From assembly GCA_963765495.1 (NCBI GenBank), contig CAVXWP010000014.1, positions 54,952 through 118,951 on the forward strand: a stretch of 64,000 nucleotides of DNA. The letters run 5' to 3'. The stretch comes from Blastocatellia bacterium (GTDB lineage: Bacteria > Acidobacteriota > Blastocatellia > UBA7656). Both the position numbers and the translations under genes were made by a program. Below, one piece after another: positions 10,061-18,491 of this stretch. Within the stretch, counting starts at the first letter, position 1; each line of letters starts with the position of its first letter. The notes under the pieces are model-generated. The model was not told the origin of the DNA and ran no database searches. It was given only the letters and a program-made list of their open reading frames with translations.

Positions 10061-11433
10061 CAGGAGAGACGGCTTATCTCATCAAGGTAGCGCACAAACA
10101 TCTTTATGCCGCCCCGCGCCATCTGCCAGTCGAAATTTTCATTCTTGGCGTGATAGCCGTGTTCCGGCAACGACAGCCCGAGGAAAACCACGGGCGCTTT
10201 CAGATGCTTTTTCATGGTTACCACAGCACCGATTGATCCGCCCTCGCGCGTGAAGGCGGGCTGGCGTTTGAAGGCGAATCTCATCGCTTCGCTCGCCGCG
10301 TCGGCGTAAGGCCCTTCAAACTCGCCGAGGTAGGGTTCGAGCGCCGATTTGTATTCGCATTTTACATCGGGATTTTTCAGACGAACGAAATCGCGGATCA
10401 GCCGGAAAACCTTCTTCGCATCCTGATCGGGAACGAGCCTGCAACTGATCTTGGCCTGAGCGCGGAATGGCACTATCGTCTTTACCCCCGGCCCCTGATA
10501 GCCGCCCGTTATCCCGTGCACTTCAAAAGTAGGCTCGGCCATGATGGCCTTCAACACGCGCTCGGCATCGTCAAAACGCAGCTTTTTCAATTCGTGCGCC
10601 GCCTTGAATTTCTTTGTCGTAAACCCGGAATCCAGAAAGCTCTGTAACTCCTTTTTAGTCGCGCGTCGCACGTCATCATAAAACCCTTTGACCTTCACGC
10701 GCCCCGTATCTGCGTCATAGACCTCGGATATGACCTTGCACAGTTCGCCCAGAGGGTTTCGCGCCGGGCCGCCCGTCAGTCCCGAATGCACGTCTTTTGC
10801 GCCCGTCTCAAGCGTCATGGTCATCATCATCGCACCGCGCAATCCGTAGGGCACCGCCGGGCGCGCGCGCGAAATCCATATCGTGTCGCTCACAAGCACG
10901 GAGTCGGTTCCCAACCGTTCACGATTTGCCTTGATGAAGTGCTCGAAGTTTGGACTGCCTATCTCTTCTTCAAGTTCCCAGATGAAATTTATGTTTATGG
11001 GGACCCGATTTTCCGCAGCGTAGCGCGCACCCATCAGGGCGGCGAGCGCCGGACCCTTGTCATCGGTCGTGCCCCGGCCTTCGTAACGGTCGCCTTCTTT
11101 GAAAAATGTGAACGGAGCCTTATTCCACTCCTCGGCATCAGCAGGCTGCACATCAATGTGATTATAGATGGTCACGGTCGGATTATTTGCCCCCGCCTCT
11201 ATGCGGCCGAATACGACGGGGTTTCCGGGAGTCTCTACCACCTCGGCCCGCGCGCCGATTGACTCAAGATAATCGCGGGCAAGAAGCGCACCCTTGCGGC
11301 AATCCTCTTTGTGATCGGGGTCCATGCTGATGGTTGGGATTTCGACCAATGCTGCGAGCTTTGATTCGAATTCCTCGCGCCGGTCGCGTACATACGAATC
11401 GAGATGTTCGTACAACTTCGATTTTTCTGCCAT
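10060..11433 (-). CDS. M20 family dipeptidase (Dug1/CNDP-like)
   Basis: [38 protein letters not shown] motifs. Confidence 0.9.
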   Translation of the reverse strand: MAEKSKLYEHLDSYVRDRREEFESKLAALVEIPTISMDPDHKEDCRKGALLARDYLESIGARAEVVETPGNPVVFGRIEAGANNPTVTIYNHIDVQPADAEEWNKAPFTFFKEGDRYEGRGTTDDKGPALAALMGARYAAENRVPININFIWELEEEIGSPNFEHFIKANRERLGTDSVLVSDTIWISRARPAVPYGLRGAMMMTMTLETGAKDVHSGLTGGPARNPLGELCKVISEVYDADTGRVKVKGFYDDVRRATKKELQSFLDSGFTTKKFKAAHELKKLRFDDAERVLKAIMAEPTFEVHGITGGYQGPGVKTIVPFRAQAKISCRLVPDQDAKKVFRLIRDFVRLKNPDVKCEYKSALEPYLGEFEGPYADAASEAMRFAFKRQPAFTREGGSIGAVVTMKKHLKAPVVFLGLSLPEHGYHAKNENFDWQMARGGIKMFVRYLDEISRLS

Positions 11434-11587
11434 ATTTGTCGCGGTGTCTCCTTGATGTTAGCTGCCCGGCCATTATGATAACCACCTTCCGGCACTGTCA
11501 AGCTAGCCCGCAAACCGATCCGTCATCCGTGCCCCGTGATCGAGGCCATTTAATTCTCAGAAAACTACAGTCTGCTTAATGAACTCT

Positions 11588-11664
11588 CTTAGCGAGCTTT
11601 GCGTCTTTGCGTCTTTGAAACTACCTGTTGCTTCGCAAGACGCAAAGACGCAAAGCCCACTAAG
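11588..11664. repeat. Intergenic inverted repeat built from TTTGCGTC octamers; related hairpin at 18418-18486
   Basis: GCTTTGCGTCTTTGCG ... CGCAAGACGCAAAGACGCAAAGC. Confidence 0.7.
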
Positions 11665-11733
11665 ATGTCCCTGAGAATTTAATGACCCTGCGCTGCGATG
11701 AAACCTGAACGACCCTGACCCTCTCATCCTGCC

Positions 11734-11783
11734 TTGACTTTATGATTTCAATGATGTATAAGATTTATATAAATTTTATATAA
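11734..11783 (+). promoter_or_regulatory. Sigma70-type promoter with a candidate downstream operator
   Basis: TTGACT(11734)-17 bp-TATAAG(11757); TTATATAA at 11765 and 11776. Confidence 0.7.
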
Positions 11784-11799
11784 GTGGATTGGTGAGCGG

Positions 11800-11994
11800 A
11801 TGCAGAAGAAGAAAGTCAGGACATACTCGGCGACGGACCTTGATATGGCGATGCTCGAATCGGTTGCGCGTTATCACGGGATGAACAAGAGCGCGACCAT
11901 AGCGAGTCTGATTCGCAGAGAGTTTTGGAGGATATTCCCTGCGGGGACCGACAAGATAAAGCCGGATCGCGGGGCGAAGGTGGAGGAACAATGA
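11800..11994 (+). CDS. Small ribbon-helix-helix (CopG/MetJ-like) DNA-binding protein
   Basis: Strand KVRTYSA, helix DLDMAMLESVARYHG, helix NKSATIASLIRREF; ATGA overlap with nadA. Confidence 0.7.
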   Translation: MQKKKVRTYSATDLDMAMLESVARYHGMNKSATIASLIRREFWRIFPAGTDKIKPDRGAKVEEQ

Positions 11995-12977
11995 GCACTC
12001 AACTTATAAATTTCAGCACAGCGGCTGCGCCCGTTTTCGAGAGCGAAAGGACCGCATTGATGGAAGAGATACGAAAGCTTGCGCGCGAGCGCAACGCCAT
12101 AATACTGGCGCACAACTATCAGGCGGGCGAGGTGCAGGACGTAGCCGATTTCACGGGCGACAGTCTGGGGTTAGCCCTTGAAGCGCAAAAGACCGAAGCG
12201 CAACTGATCATATTTTGTGGTGTTCATTTCATGGCGGAATCGGCCAAAATACTGAACCCTGAAAAGAAGGTACTGTTGCCAAACCTGGCCGCCGGGTGTT
12301 CGCTTGCGGATTCGATCACGCCGGAAAGTCTCGACGAATGGAAGCGCCGGTATCCGGGTTACACGGTTGTGACTTATGTAAACTCTACGGCGGAAGTAAA
12401 AGCCATGAGCGACATCTGCTGCACGTCGGCCAACGCCGTATCGGTGATCCGTTCGCTCGCGTCGGACAAGATACTGTTTACGCCCGACCGGAACCTGGGC
12501 AACTGGGTGAAAAAGCAAGTCCCCGAAAAAGAGATAGCCATTTATGATGGCGCGTGTCCTACGCACGATGTGCTTCGCGGCGCAAATGTCAGCAAGGCGC
12601 AATCGGACTTTCCCGACGCCGTAATCATCGCTCACCCCGAATGCCGCGAAGACATAATAGCGCTTGCCGACGAGGTCTGTTCTACGACCGCGATGCTCGA
12701 CCGCATAGCACTTCACCCGGAGGCGAAGACCTTCATAGTGGCGACCGAAAGCGGGATCGTTCATCAGATGAAGAAGCGTTATCCTGACCGCGAATTCGTC
12801 ATGGCGGACGGGTGCATAGGCTGCCGCCTGCATTGTCCTTACATGAAAATGATCTCGCTTGAAGATGTGCGCCGGTCGCTCATTGAAGATAAGTTCGAAA
12901 TCACGGTAGAGCCGGATGTTATGGAAGGCGCTCGCCGCGCGCTTGAGCGTATGCTCGCCGTGCCCAGAGACAACTAG
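11991..12977 (+). CDS. nadA: Quinolinate synthase
   Basis: ILAHNYQ, GDSL, FCGVHFMAE, GCSLA, YVNS, CTSAN, AHPEC, CPYMK; GGAGG RBS. Confidence 0.96.
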   Translation: MSTQLINFSTAAAPVFESERTALMEEIRKLARERNAIILAHNYQAGEVQDVADFTGDSLGLALEAQKTEAQLIIFCGVHFMAESAKILNPEKKVLLPNLAAGCSLADSITPESLDEWKRRYPGYTVVTYVNSTAEVKAMSDICCTSANAVSVIRSLASDKILFTPDRNLGNWVKKQVPEKEIAIYDGACPTHDVLRGANVSKAQSDFPDAVIIAHPECREDIIALADEVCSTTAMLDRIALHPEAKTFIVATESGIVHQMKKRYPDREFVMADGCIGCRLHCPYMKMISLEDVRRSLIEDKFEITVEPDVMEGARRALERMLAVPRDN

Positions 12978-13150
12978 CAGGGATCGGGGGCCGGGGGTCG
13001 GGGGCCAGGGCTACAAATCTCCCAACTTCTAATGGTAAGCGTGAGCAACTGTCTGACAACCGGCCCCCAGCCCCCATTAAAATTCAGACTTTCGAGCTTC
13101 TAAACGGGTCTTATGATCGTAGAGGTCTGTTTGGGCCTGAAATCGGAGCA

Positions 13151-13795
13151 ATGATGAGAAAGCTTTTCATAGCAGGTTGCTTGATGACACTCGTGCTGTC
13201 GTTGTCGGCTGAGACAACCTCCGTGTTTGCGCAGCAGAGGAACCCTCGTCCTAATCGTCGTCAGAATCGCTTTCCCGACATTCAAAGAGGGGAAAATCCT
13301 GATATAGATGCGGCGGACCCTCAACTGGAGAGGCGACAGGGAAACCGCAGACAGGCGGTCAATCAGCAAATCAGACAGCAGATCATGCAGGCTATAGGGC
13401 TTACTCCCGATCAGCGTCTTCAAATGGCCGAAATACGTCGCAGCCACGATGACGAGATTATCTCTGCCGGTCGGCGCGTGCGCGAGGCTCGCCGGGCGCT
13501 GGATCGCGCCATTATGAGCGAAGTCTATGATGATGCGTTAATCAATCAACATGCCAGCGTCCTGGCGGCGGCCCAGACCGATATGATCCTTTTGCAGACG
13601 CATATACGCAGCCAGGTGCGAAGCGTGCTCACCACGGAACAGGTTCGCCGATTCAACGATCTTGAGCAGAGATTGCGCCGCCAGCGCCGCCAACAACGCC
13701 AGATGCGGCTCAAAGAAGGCCCCCCCGGCATTCCCGGCACGCCCGATGATCTGGGAGAGACCGATATTGTCAGCCTGCTGCTTTCCATTCCTTGA
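13151..13795 (+). CDS. Spy/CpxP family periplasmic chaperone
   Basis: Signal peptide; LTPDQ and LTTEQ motifs. Confidence 0.8.
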   Translation: MMRKLFIAGCLMTLVLSLSAETTSVFAQQRNPRPNRRQNRFPDIQRGENPDIDAADPQLERRQGNRRQAVNQQIRQQIMQAIGLTPDQRLQMAEIRRSHDDEIISAGRRVREARRALDRAIMSEVYDDALINQHASVLAAAQTDMILLQTHIRSQVRSVLTTEQVRRFNDLEQRLRRQRRQQRQMRLKEGPPGIPGTPDDLGETDIVSLLLSIP

Positions 13796-14069
13796 ACTCC
13801 TGGTGTTATGTTCCAGAGACGTTTGGTTTCCCAAAATACCAGGATTGAAAGATGGGAACAGACCGTCCCGGCCTATTTCAACTTACCTTTTTTTCATATT
13901 TAATCTTTAATGTGTCTGACGCCGGATGTTTCGCGGATCAACAACTGAATGGCCCTGGCAGATCAGGGATTATGCGTAGCCGAATTAAGTAACGCGCTGG
14001 ACAGAGCGAAAGCCCGCTATTAGAATTCGTGATTGGCATTTTGAAATTAATAAGCTCACAGGAGGATAG

Positions 14070-14324
14070 ATGGAAGAAAACGAGATAACTTATCACGCAG
14101 TCGAGAAAGATGGAGAGGTCACGGCTATCTGGGAAATGCAGGGCCGCAAGCATCTGCGCACGATTGACCCGCGTAGCGAAGAGGGGCGTCGAATACTCGG
14201 CTCTCACACGATTGACGAATCGGCCGAACACTCCATCCCGCAGGCCGAAACCGCTCAACAAAGCGAATCTCAACAAAGCGAATCTCAACATAGCGAATCT
14301 CAACAAGGCGAATCTCAACAGTAG
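14070..14324 (+). CDS. Small acidic hypothetical protein with a QQSES-repeat tail
   Basis: AGGAGG RBS; 84-aa ORF. Confidence 0.7.
   Translation: MEENEITYHAVEKDGEVTAIWEMQGRKHLRTIDPRSEEGRRILGSHTIDESAEHSIPQAETAQQSESQQSESQHSESQQGESQQ
14254..14320 (+). repeat. 15-bp tandem repeat, about 4.5 copies
   Basis: CTCAACA(A/T)(A/G)GCGAAT units. Confidence 0.9.
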
Positions 14325-14404
14325 CGGCAGCGCCTTCGGCTCAAGCCCCGAAGTAGCGCCGGGTCCTGGGTCATTTGCTCGCTCAGGACTGGGCGCTCGC
14401 AGGG

Positions 14405-15202
14405 TCAATCGCAAAATATCAGTTCGCGCGTCTCTTCGATCAGCCCGCCTTCACGTGCAAGCTCATAGTAAAGCTTCAAACCTTTGAGGCACTCTTCATC
14501 AAGATCGTAGCTGATATTTTCCGTCAGGTACCCTACCAGATCAGCCTGAGACAGCCCGAGGCTCGATGAATACGCGGCGGCTATTTCGCCCGTGTGCGCG
14601 ACGCCTTCACGTTTTGCTTCGAAGAAATCCACCCCGCCCGGCCACGCCGGAGAATCCGACCTTATGGCCCAGAACGCGAAGACAAACCCCAGCCCCGTAG
14701 CCTTGCGCCATTCTTCGGCCAGATCGTAAACATTTAGCGCCGCGCGGTCTATCAACATAGCCGGGTCTCCAATGATCAATGCCGCGTCATTTGATTCAAG
14801 CATCTTTTCAATCTTTGGCGGGGAGGTCCGGTATTCGGGTGTGAGATTGTAAAACCGATTCAGGATTATCTGTATAAGCGCCGCAGACGTGCGCGATGAG
14901 GTGTCGAGCGCGACCGACCGGACATCACCGATGGGCACACGCGAAGCCAGCACTACCGAGCGGACGCTCTTCTTTGATGCCACACACGCGCCGGGCGCTA
15001 CCTTGAGCGCGGGAATCCTCTGATATTCGATCACGGGGATCAGGGCGGCATCGGCGCGCCCTTCGGCAAGTAACTCAGAACAGCGGGCGGGCGCTGCATC
15101 TGATAGAAAATGGCAGCGATCTTTTTGCGCGCCGTGGATAAAGCTGTAACATAGCGGGGCGGCGTTCAGATAACTCGACGCCGCGATATAAGGCATGGCC
15201 AT
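14405..15202 (-). CDS. mqnA: Chorismate dehydratase (futalosine menaquinone pathway)
   Basis: SYLNAAPL, VRSV, LDTSSRTS, LIIGDPA, DLAEEW...FVFAFW. Confidence 0.88.
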   Translation of the reverse strand: MAMPYIAASSYLNAAPLCYSFIHGAQKDRCHFLSDAAPARCSELLAEGRADAALIPVIEYQRIPALKVAPGACVASKKSVRSVVLASRVPIGDVRSVALDTSSRTSAALIQIILNRFYNLTPEYRTSPPKIEKMLESNDAALIIGDPAMLIDRAALNVYDLAEEWRKATGLGFVFAFWAIRSDSPAWPGGVDFFEAKREGVAHTGEIAAAYSSSLGLSQADLVGYLTENISYDLDEECLKGLKLYYELAREGGLIEETRELIFCD

Positions 15203-15292
15203 AATCTTTCTACCTGAAAATCTTAATTCGTATATTCAAAATCCGTCACGGTGAATTTGGTAATTCCCGTCAAAAAAAGCCTCGATAGAAAG

Positions 15293-15563
15293 TTTTCCAC
15301 AAAAGCTGTGGAAAACCTTGTGGAAAACCGGCTTTTGATCGCCGCAAATTCAGAAATTTACGGACTTGTAGCAGTTTGCACACATTTTGTTCAAATTCTG
15401 TTTACCTACATAAGTTCAGTTATTTCAGCTATTTAGCTTGTAAACCAGCCATTTAACGTCTGATTTTTGATGTATTTGCTTTAAGGAAGGTCTTTATCAT
15501 CCAGCCTGTGCAAAACTCGGCAAAATAGTGTGAAAAACCGCCTAAAATCAACTCTTTTCCACA
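15293..15563. promoter_or_regulatory. DnaA-box cluster (candidate oriC or DnaA-titration locus)
   Basis: TTWTNCACA matches at 15293(+), 15307(-), 15319(-), 15507(-), 15529(-) and 15555(+), with an AT-rich centre. Confidence 0.75.
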
Positions 15564-15586
15564 GATAATTCGGCTTTTAAAAGTGC

Positions 15587-18268
15587 TCAGTCATCCACCT
15601 CTTCGCGTCTCTGCTCGATGCGGTCGCGGAATTCATAGGCACCCGACAGCACCTTGCGAGGTTTTGAGCCTTCGGCCGGGCCTACGAAACCTTCGTGCTC
15701 CATCGTGTCTAAAATCTTTGCTGCTCTTCCGTATCCGATTGAGAGCCTGCGCTGTAAGACCGAGGTCGAGGCGCGGCCCATATCTATGATGATCGCAAGT
15801 GCTTCGTCGTACAATTCGTCGTGCTCGCCTGAGAACCCGTCGCCGTCTTCGGAGGCCTCCTGTTCGCTCAGGGTCACCTTCTCGTCATAATCCGGGTCGG
15901 CCTGTTTTCGAGTGTGATCGGTGATTTTTTTGACCTCGTCTTCGTTTACGAATGAGCCGTGGACGCGGACCAGCCGCGAGGAAGCGGGCGGCAAAAAGAG
16001 CATGTCACCCTGACCAAGCAATCCTTCTGCGCCGTTTGCGTCGATGATCGTGCGCGAGTCAACTTTTGACGACACGCGAAAGGCTATGCGGGAAGGGAAG
16101 TTGGCCTTTATGACGCCCGTGATCACGTCTACGGACGGGCGCTGAGTGGCAAGCACAAGATGGATGCCCACGGCGCGAGCCATTTGAGCGAGGCGAGCGA
16201 TTGAGGTTTCCACATCGCTGCGAGCGACCATCATGAGATCGGCGAGTTCATCAATGGCTATAACTATGTAAGGCAGCGGTTTGCGCGCCTCGGGGTCATC
16301 TTCGGAAAGCGTCGGGTGCAATAACTCCCGCACCTGCCGGTTGTATTGGTCTATGTTGCGGACCCCGAGCGTGGCAAGCTCTTTGTAGCGGTTCTCCATT
16401 TCGTTTACGGCCCATTTCAAGGCATTCGAGGCTCGCTTGGGGTCGGTGACTATCGGAGTCAGCAGGTGCGGTATCCCTTCGTAAAGACCGAGTTCCAGCC
16501 GCTTGGGATCAACCATTATAAACTTCACCTGCTCGGGCGATGCCTTGTAGATGATCGAGCAGATTATCACGTTGAGCGTGACGGATTTGCCCGCGCCGGT
16601 TGCGCCCGCAATCAAAAGGTGAGGCATCCTCATCAGATCGGCTACGTACTCTTCGCCGTTTATCGTCTTGCCGAGCGCGATTGTGAGCGCCGACTGGCTG
16701 TTTTGAAATTTTGACGATTCGATCACATCGCGCAGGTAAATCGTCTCGCGCTGCGAATTTGGAACCTCTATCCCCACCGTTGATTTGCCCGGTATGCGGT
16801 CGATGCGAATCGATTCGGCCTTGAGCGCAAGGCACAGGTCGTCGGAGAGACCTACCACGCGGCTGTATTTGATGCCGGGGTCGGGTTTGAACTCGAATGT
16901 AGTGACCACAGGGCCGGGGTTGATGCGATGAATGTGGCCGGTGACGGAAAACTCTTTGCACTTTTCTGCGAGAGTTTTGGCGCGTTCGCGCAACTCTTCT
17001 TCGGCCTGTTCGGCGTGTCCGATTGGTGTTTCCAGTAAATCGAGCGGCGGCAATTTATAATCCACCTCGATGGCCGTGTGTGCGGGGGCCTTCCGGCGAG
17101 GAGTGCTTACGCGCGGGCCACCTTCGGATTCCTCCGCTGGCAGAGTGCGCTCGATTGAGATCGTAGATGTCATCTCGGCCACAACCGGGTCCAGCGTGAC
17201 ATCTGAGGCTACGGATTGTCTTGCGCGGGCCTGTTCGCTTCTTGCGGTTCGCGCTTTCAGGACCGCCGCCGCCGCCATCTCGCGGTGCGTGACGGATGCG
17301 GTTCGGACCGGCTCAACCTCTTCTTCTTCAAAGTCTTCCTCGAAATCGGTGTCGAGTTCAGCTTCTTCACCTTCTTCGATAAAGTTTGCCTGCCCGGTGG
17401 AGGCGACTACAGGTGAAATAATGATCTCCTCATCATCCTCCCGAGACTTTTGCGGCGCGGCTTTTCGCCGTTTTTCTGCCGCCTGTTGCCTGCGCTCTTC
17501 CGCCTGTTGTTCGCGTTCGAGTTGGCTGCGAACCTGTTCTTCCCGTTCCCTTTGTTGTCTTTCTGCTTCCTTCAGGCGGCGCTCTTCGGCCTTTGCCGTC
17601 TGTCGCTCTTCGGCGATTCGGCGGCGCTCTTCGGATCGCACGGCCCACCACTGGCCGAGTCTTTGAAACATAGTAGGCTTGCCTTTGCGGCTCTTTTGGT
17701 AGGCTTCCCTTATTGATCGCAGCCAGTTGACGGCGGTCGCAAGCGAGACTTCCATCGTGAGCATCAGCGTCAATACCGAAGCCACCGTCAGCACGATGGC
17801 CGCGCCTACCGTGTTCATCAGCCCCGCGAGCGCGCCTTCGAGCAGATAGCCGATCATACCGCCGTTTGTGCGAACATTTGCCAGCATCTCCAACCCAAAT
17901 CCGGGAAAGAGAGCGAGGAATCCCGACAGCGCCAAAAGCAACAACACCGCGCCCACGATCTTTCGAAGGGGCAGCCCCGCCCGCTCTGAAAAGAATGTGC
18001 GCCCGGCTATCAGGACAAGCAACAGGGGGATGGCAAGCGAGGTCAGCCCAAACAACTGTAGGAAGAAGTCGCCGATGTATGCGCCCACCTTGCCTATTAT
18101 GTTTGCAGGTTTATCAGCAATGACGGCGGAATTCCAACTGGGGTCTTTCGGATCGTAGGTCAAAAGGCTCAATAGCAGCAGGATGGCGGCGGCGACCAGA
18201 ATTATAGCCACCACCTCGTTAGCGACCGATTTGCCGCTACTCTGTTTTGCGCGAGGTCTAGAGGTCAT
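15587..18268 (-). CDS. ftsK: DNA translocase FtsK
   Basis: N-terminal TM domain, GPVVT, PHLLIAGATGAGKS, DELADLM, ATQRPS, gamma domain LQRRLSIGYGRAA. Confidence 0.97.
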   Translation of the reverse strand: MTSRPRAKQSSGKSVANEVVAIILVAAAILLLLSLLTYDPKDPSWNSAVIADKPANIIGKVGAYIGDFFLQLFGLTSLAIPLLLVLIAGRTFFSERAGLPLRKIVGAVLLLLALSGFLALFPGFGLEMLANVRTNGGMIGYLLEGALAGLMNTVGAAIVLTVASVLTLMLTMEVSLATAVNWLRSIREAYQKSRKGKPTMFQRLGQWWAVRSEERRRIAEERQTAKAEERRLKEAERQQREREEQVRSQLEREQQAEERRQQAAEKRRKAAPQKSREDDEEIIISPVVASTGQANFIEEGEEAELDTDFEEDFEEEEVEPVRTASVTHREMAAAAVLKARTARSEQARARQSVASDVTLDPVVAEMTSTISIERTLPAEESEGGPRVSTPRRKAPAHTAIEVDYKLPPLDLLETPIGHAEQAEEELRERAKTLAEKCKEFSVTGHIHRINPGPVVTTFEFKPDPGIKYSRVVGLSDDLCLALKAESIRIDRIPGKSTVGIEVPNSQRETIYLRDVIESSKFQNSQSALTIALGKTINGEEYVADLMRMPHLLIAGATGAGKSVTLNVIICSIIYKASPEQVKFIMVDPKRLELGLYEGIPHLLTPIVTDPKRASNALKWAVNEMENRYKELATLGVRNIDQYNRQVRELLHPTLSEDDPEARKPLPYIVIAIDELADLMMVARSDVETSIARLAQMARAVGIHLVLATQRPSVDVITGVIKANFPSRIAFRVSSKVDSRTIIDANGAEGLLGQGDMLFLPPASSRLVRVHGSFVNEDEVKKITDHTRKQADPDYDEKVTLSEQEASEDGDGFSGEHDELYDEALAIIIDMGRASTSVLQRRLSIGYGRAAKILDTMEHEGFVGPAEGSKPRKVLSGAYEFRDRIEQRREEVDD

Positions 18269-18491
18269 TCCAATGCTCGTTCTAACCTTACCAGATTCTC
18301 ACGAAATGGCCAGCGCCAAAACAGCCACATTATGCACGAAGGGGGCCGGTGGCTGCAAAGCGGGAAAGAAAATCAACCTCCCTTCAAACGCGGAGCCGGT
18401 CAATTCCTGAGATGGTCTTTGCGAATTTTGCGTCCCGGCGTCTTTGCGAATCGCGGTTTTTCGCAGAGTCGCCGGGACGCAAAATTTATCG

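Noticed and set aside
13938-14414. Minus-strand ORF with (LLRFA)n
   Set aside because: Antisense reading of the 15-bp repeat; the plus-strand ORF has the RBS.
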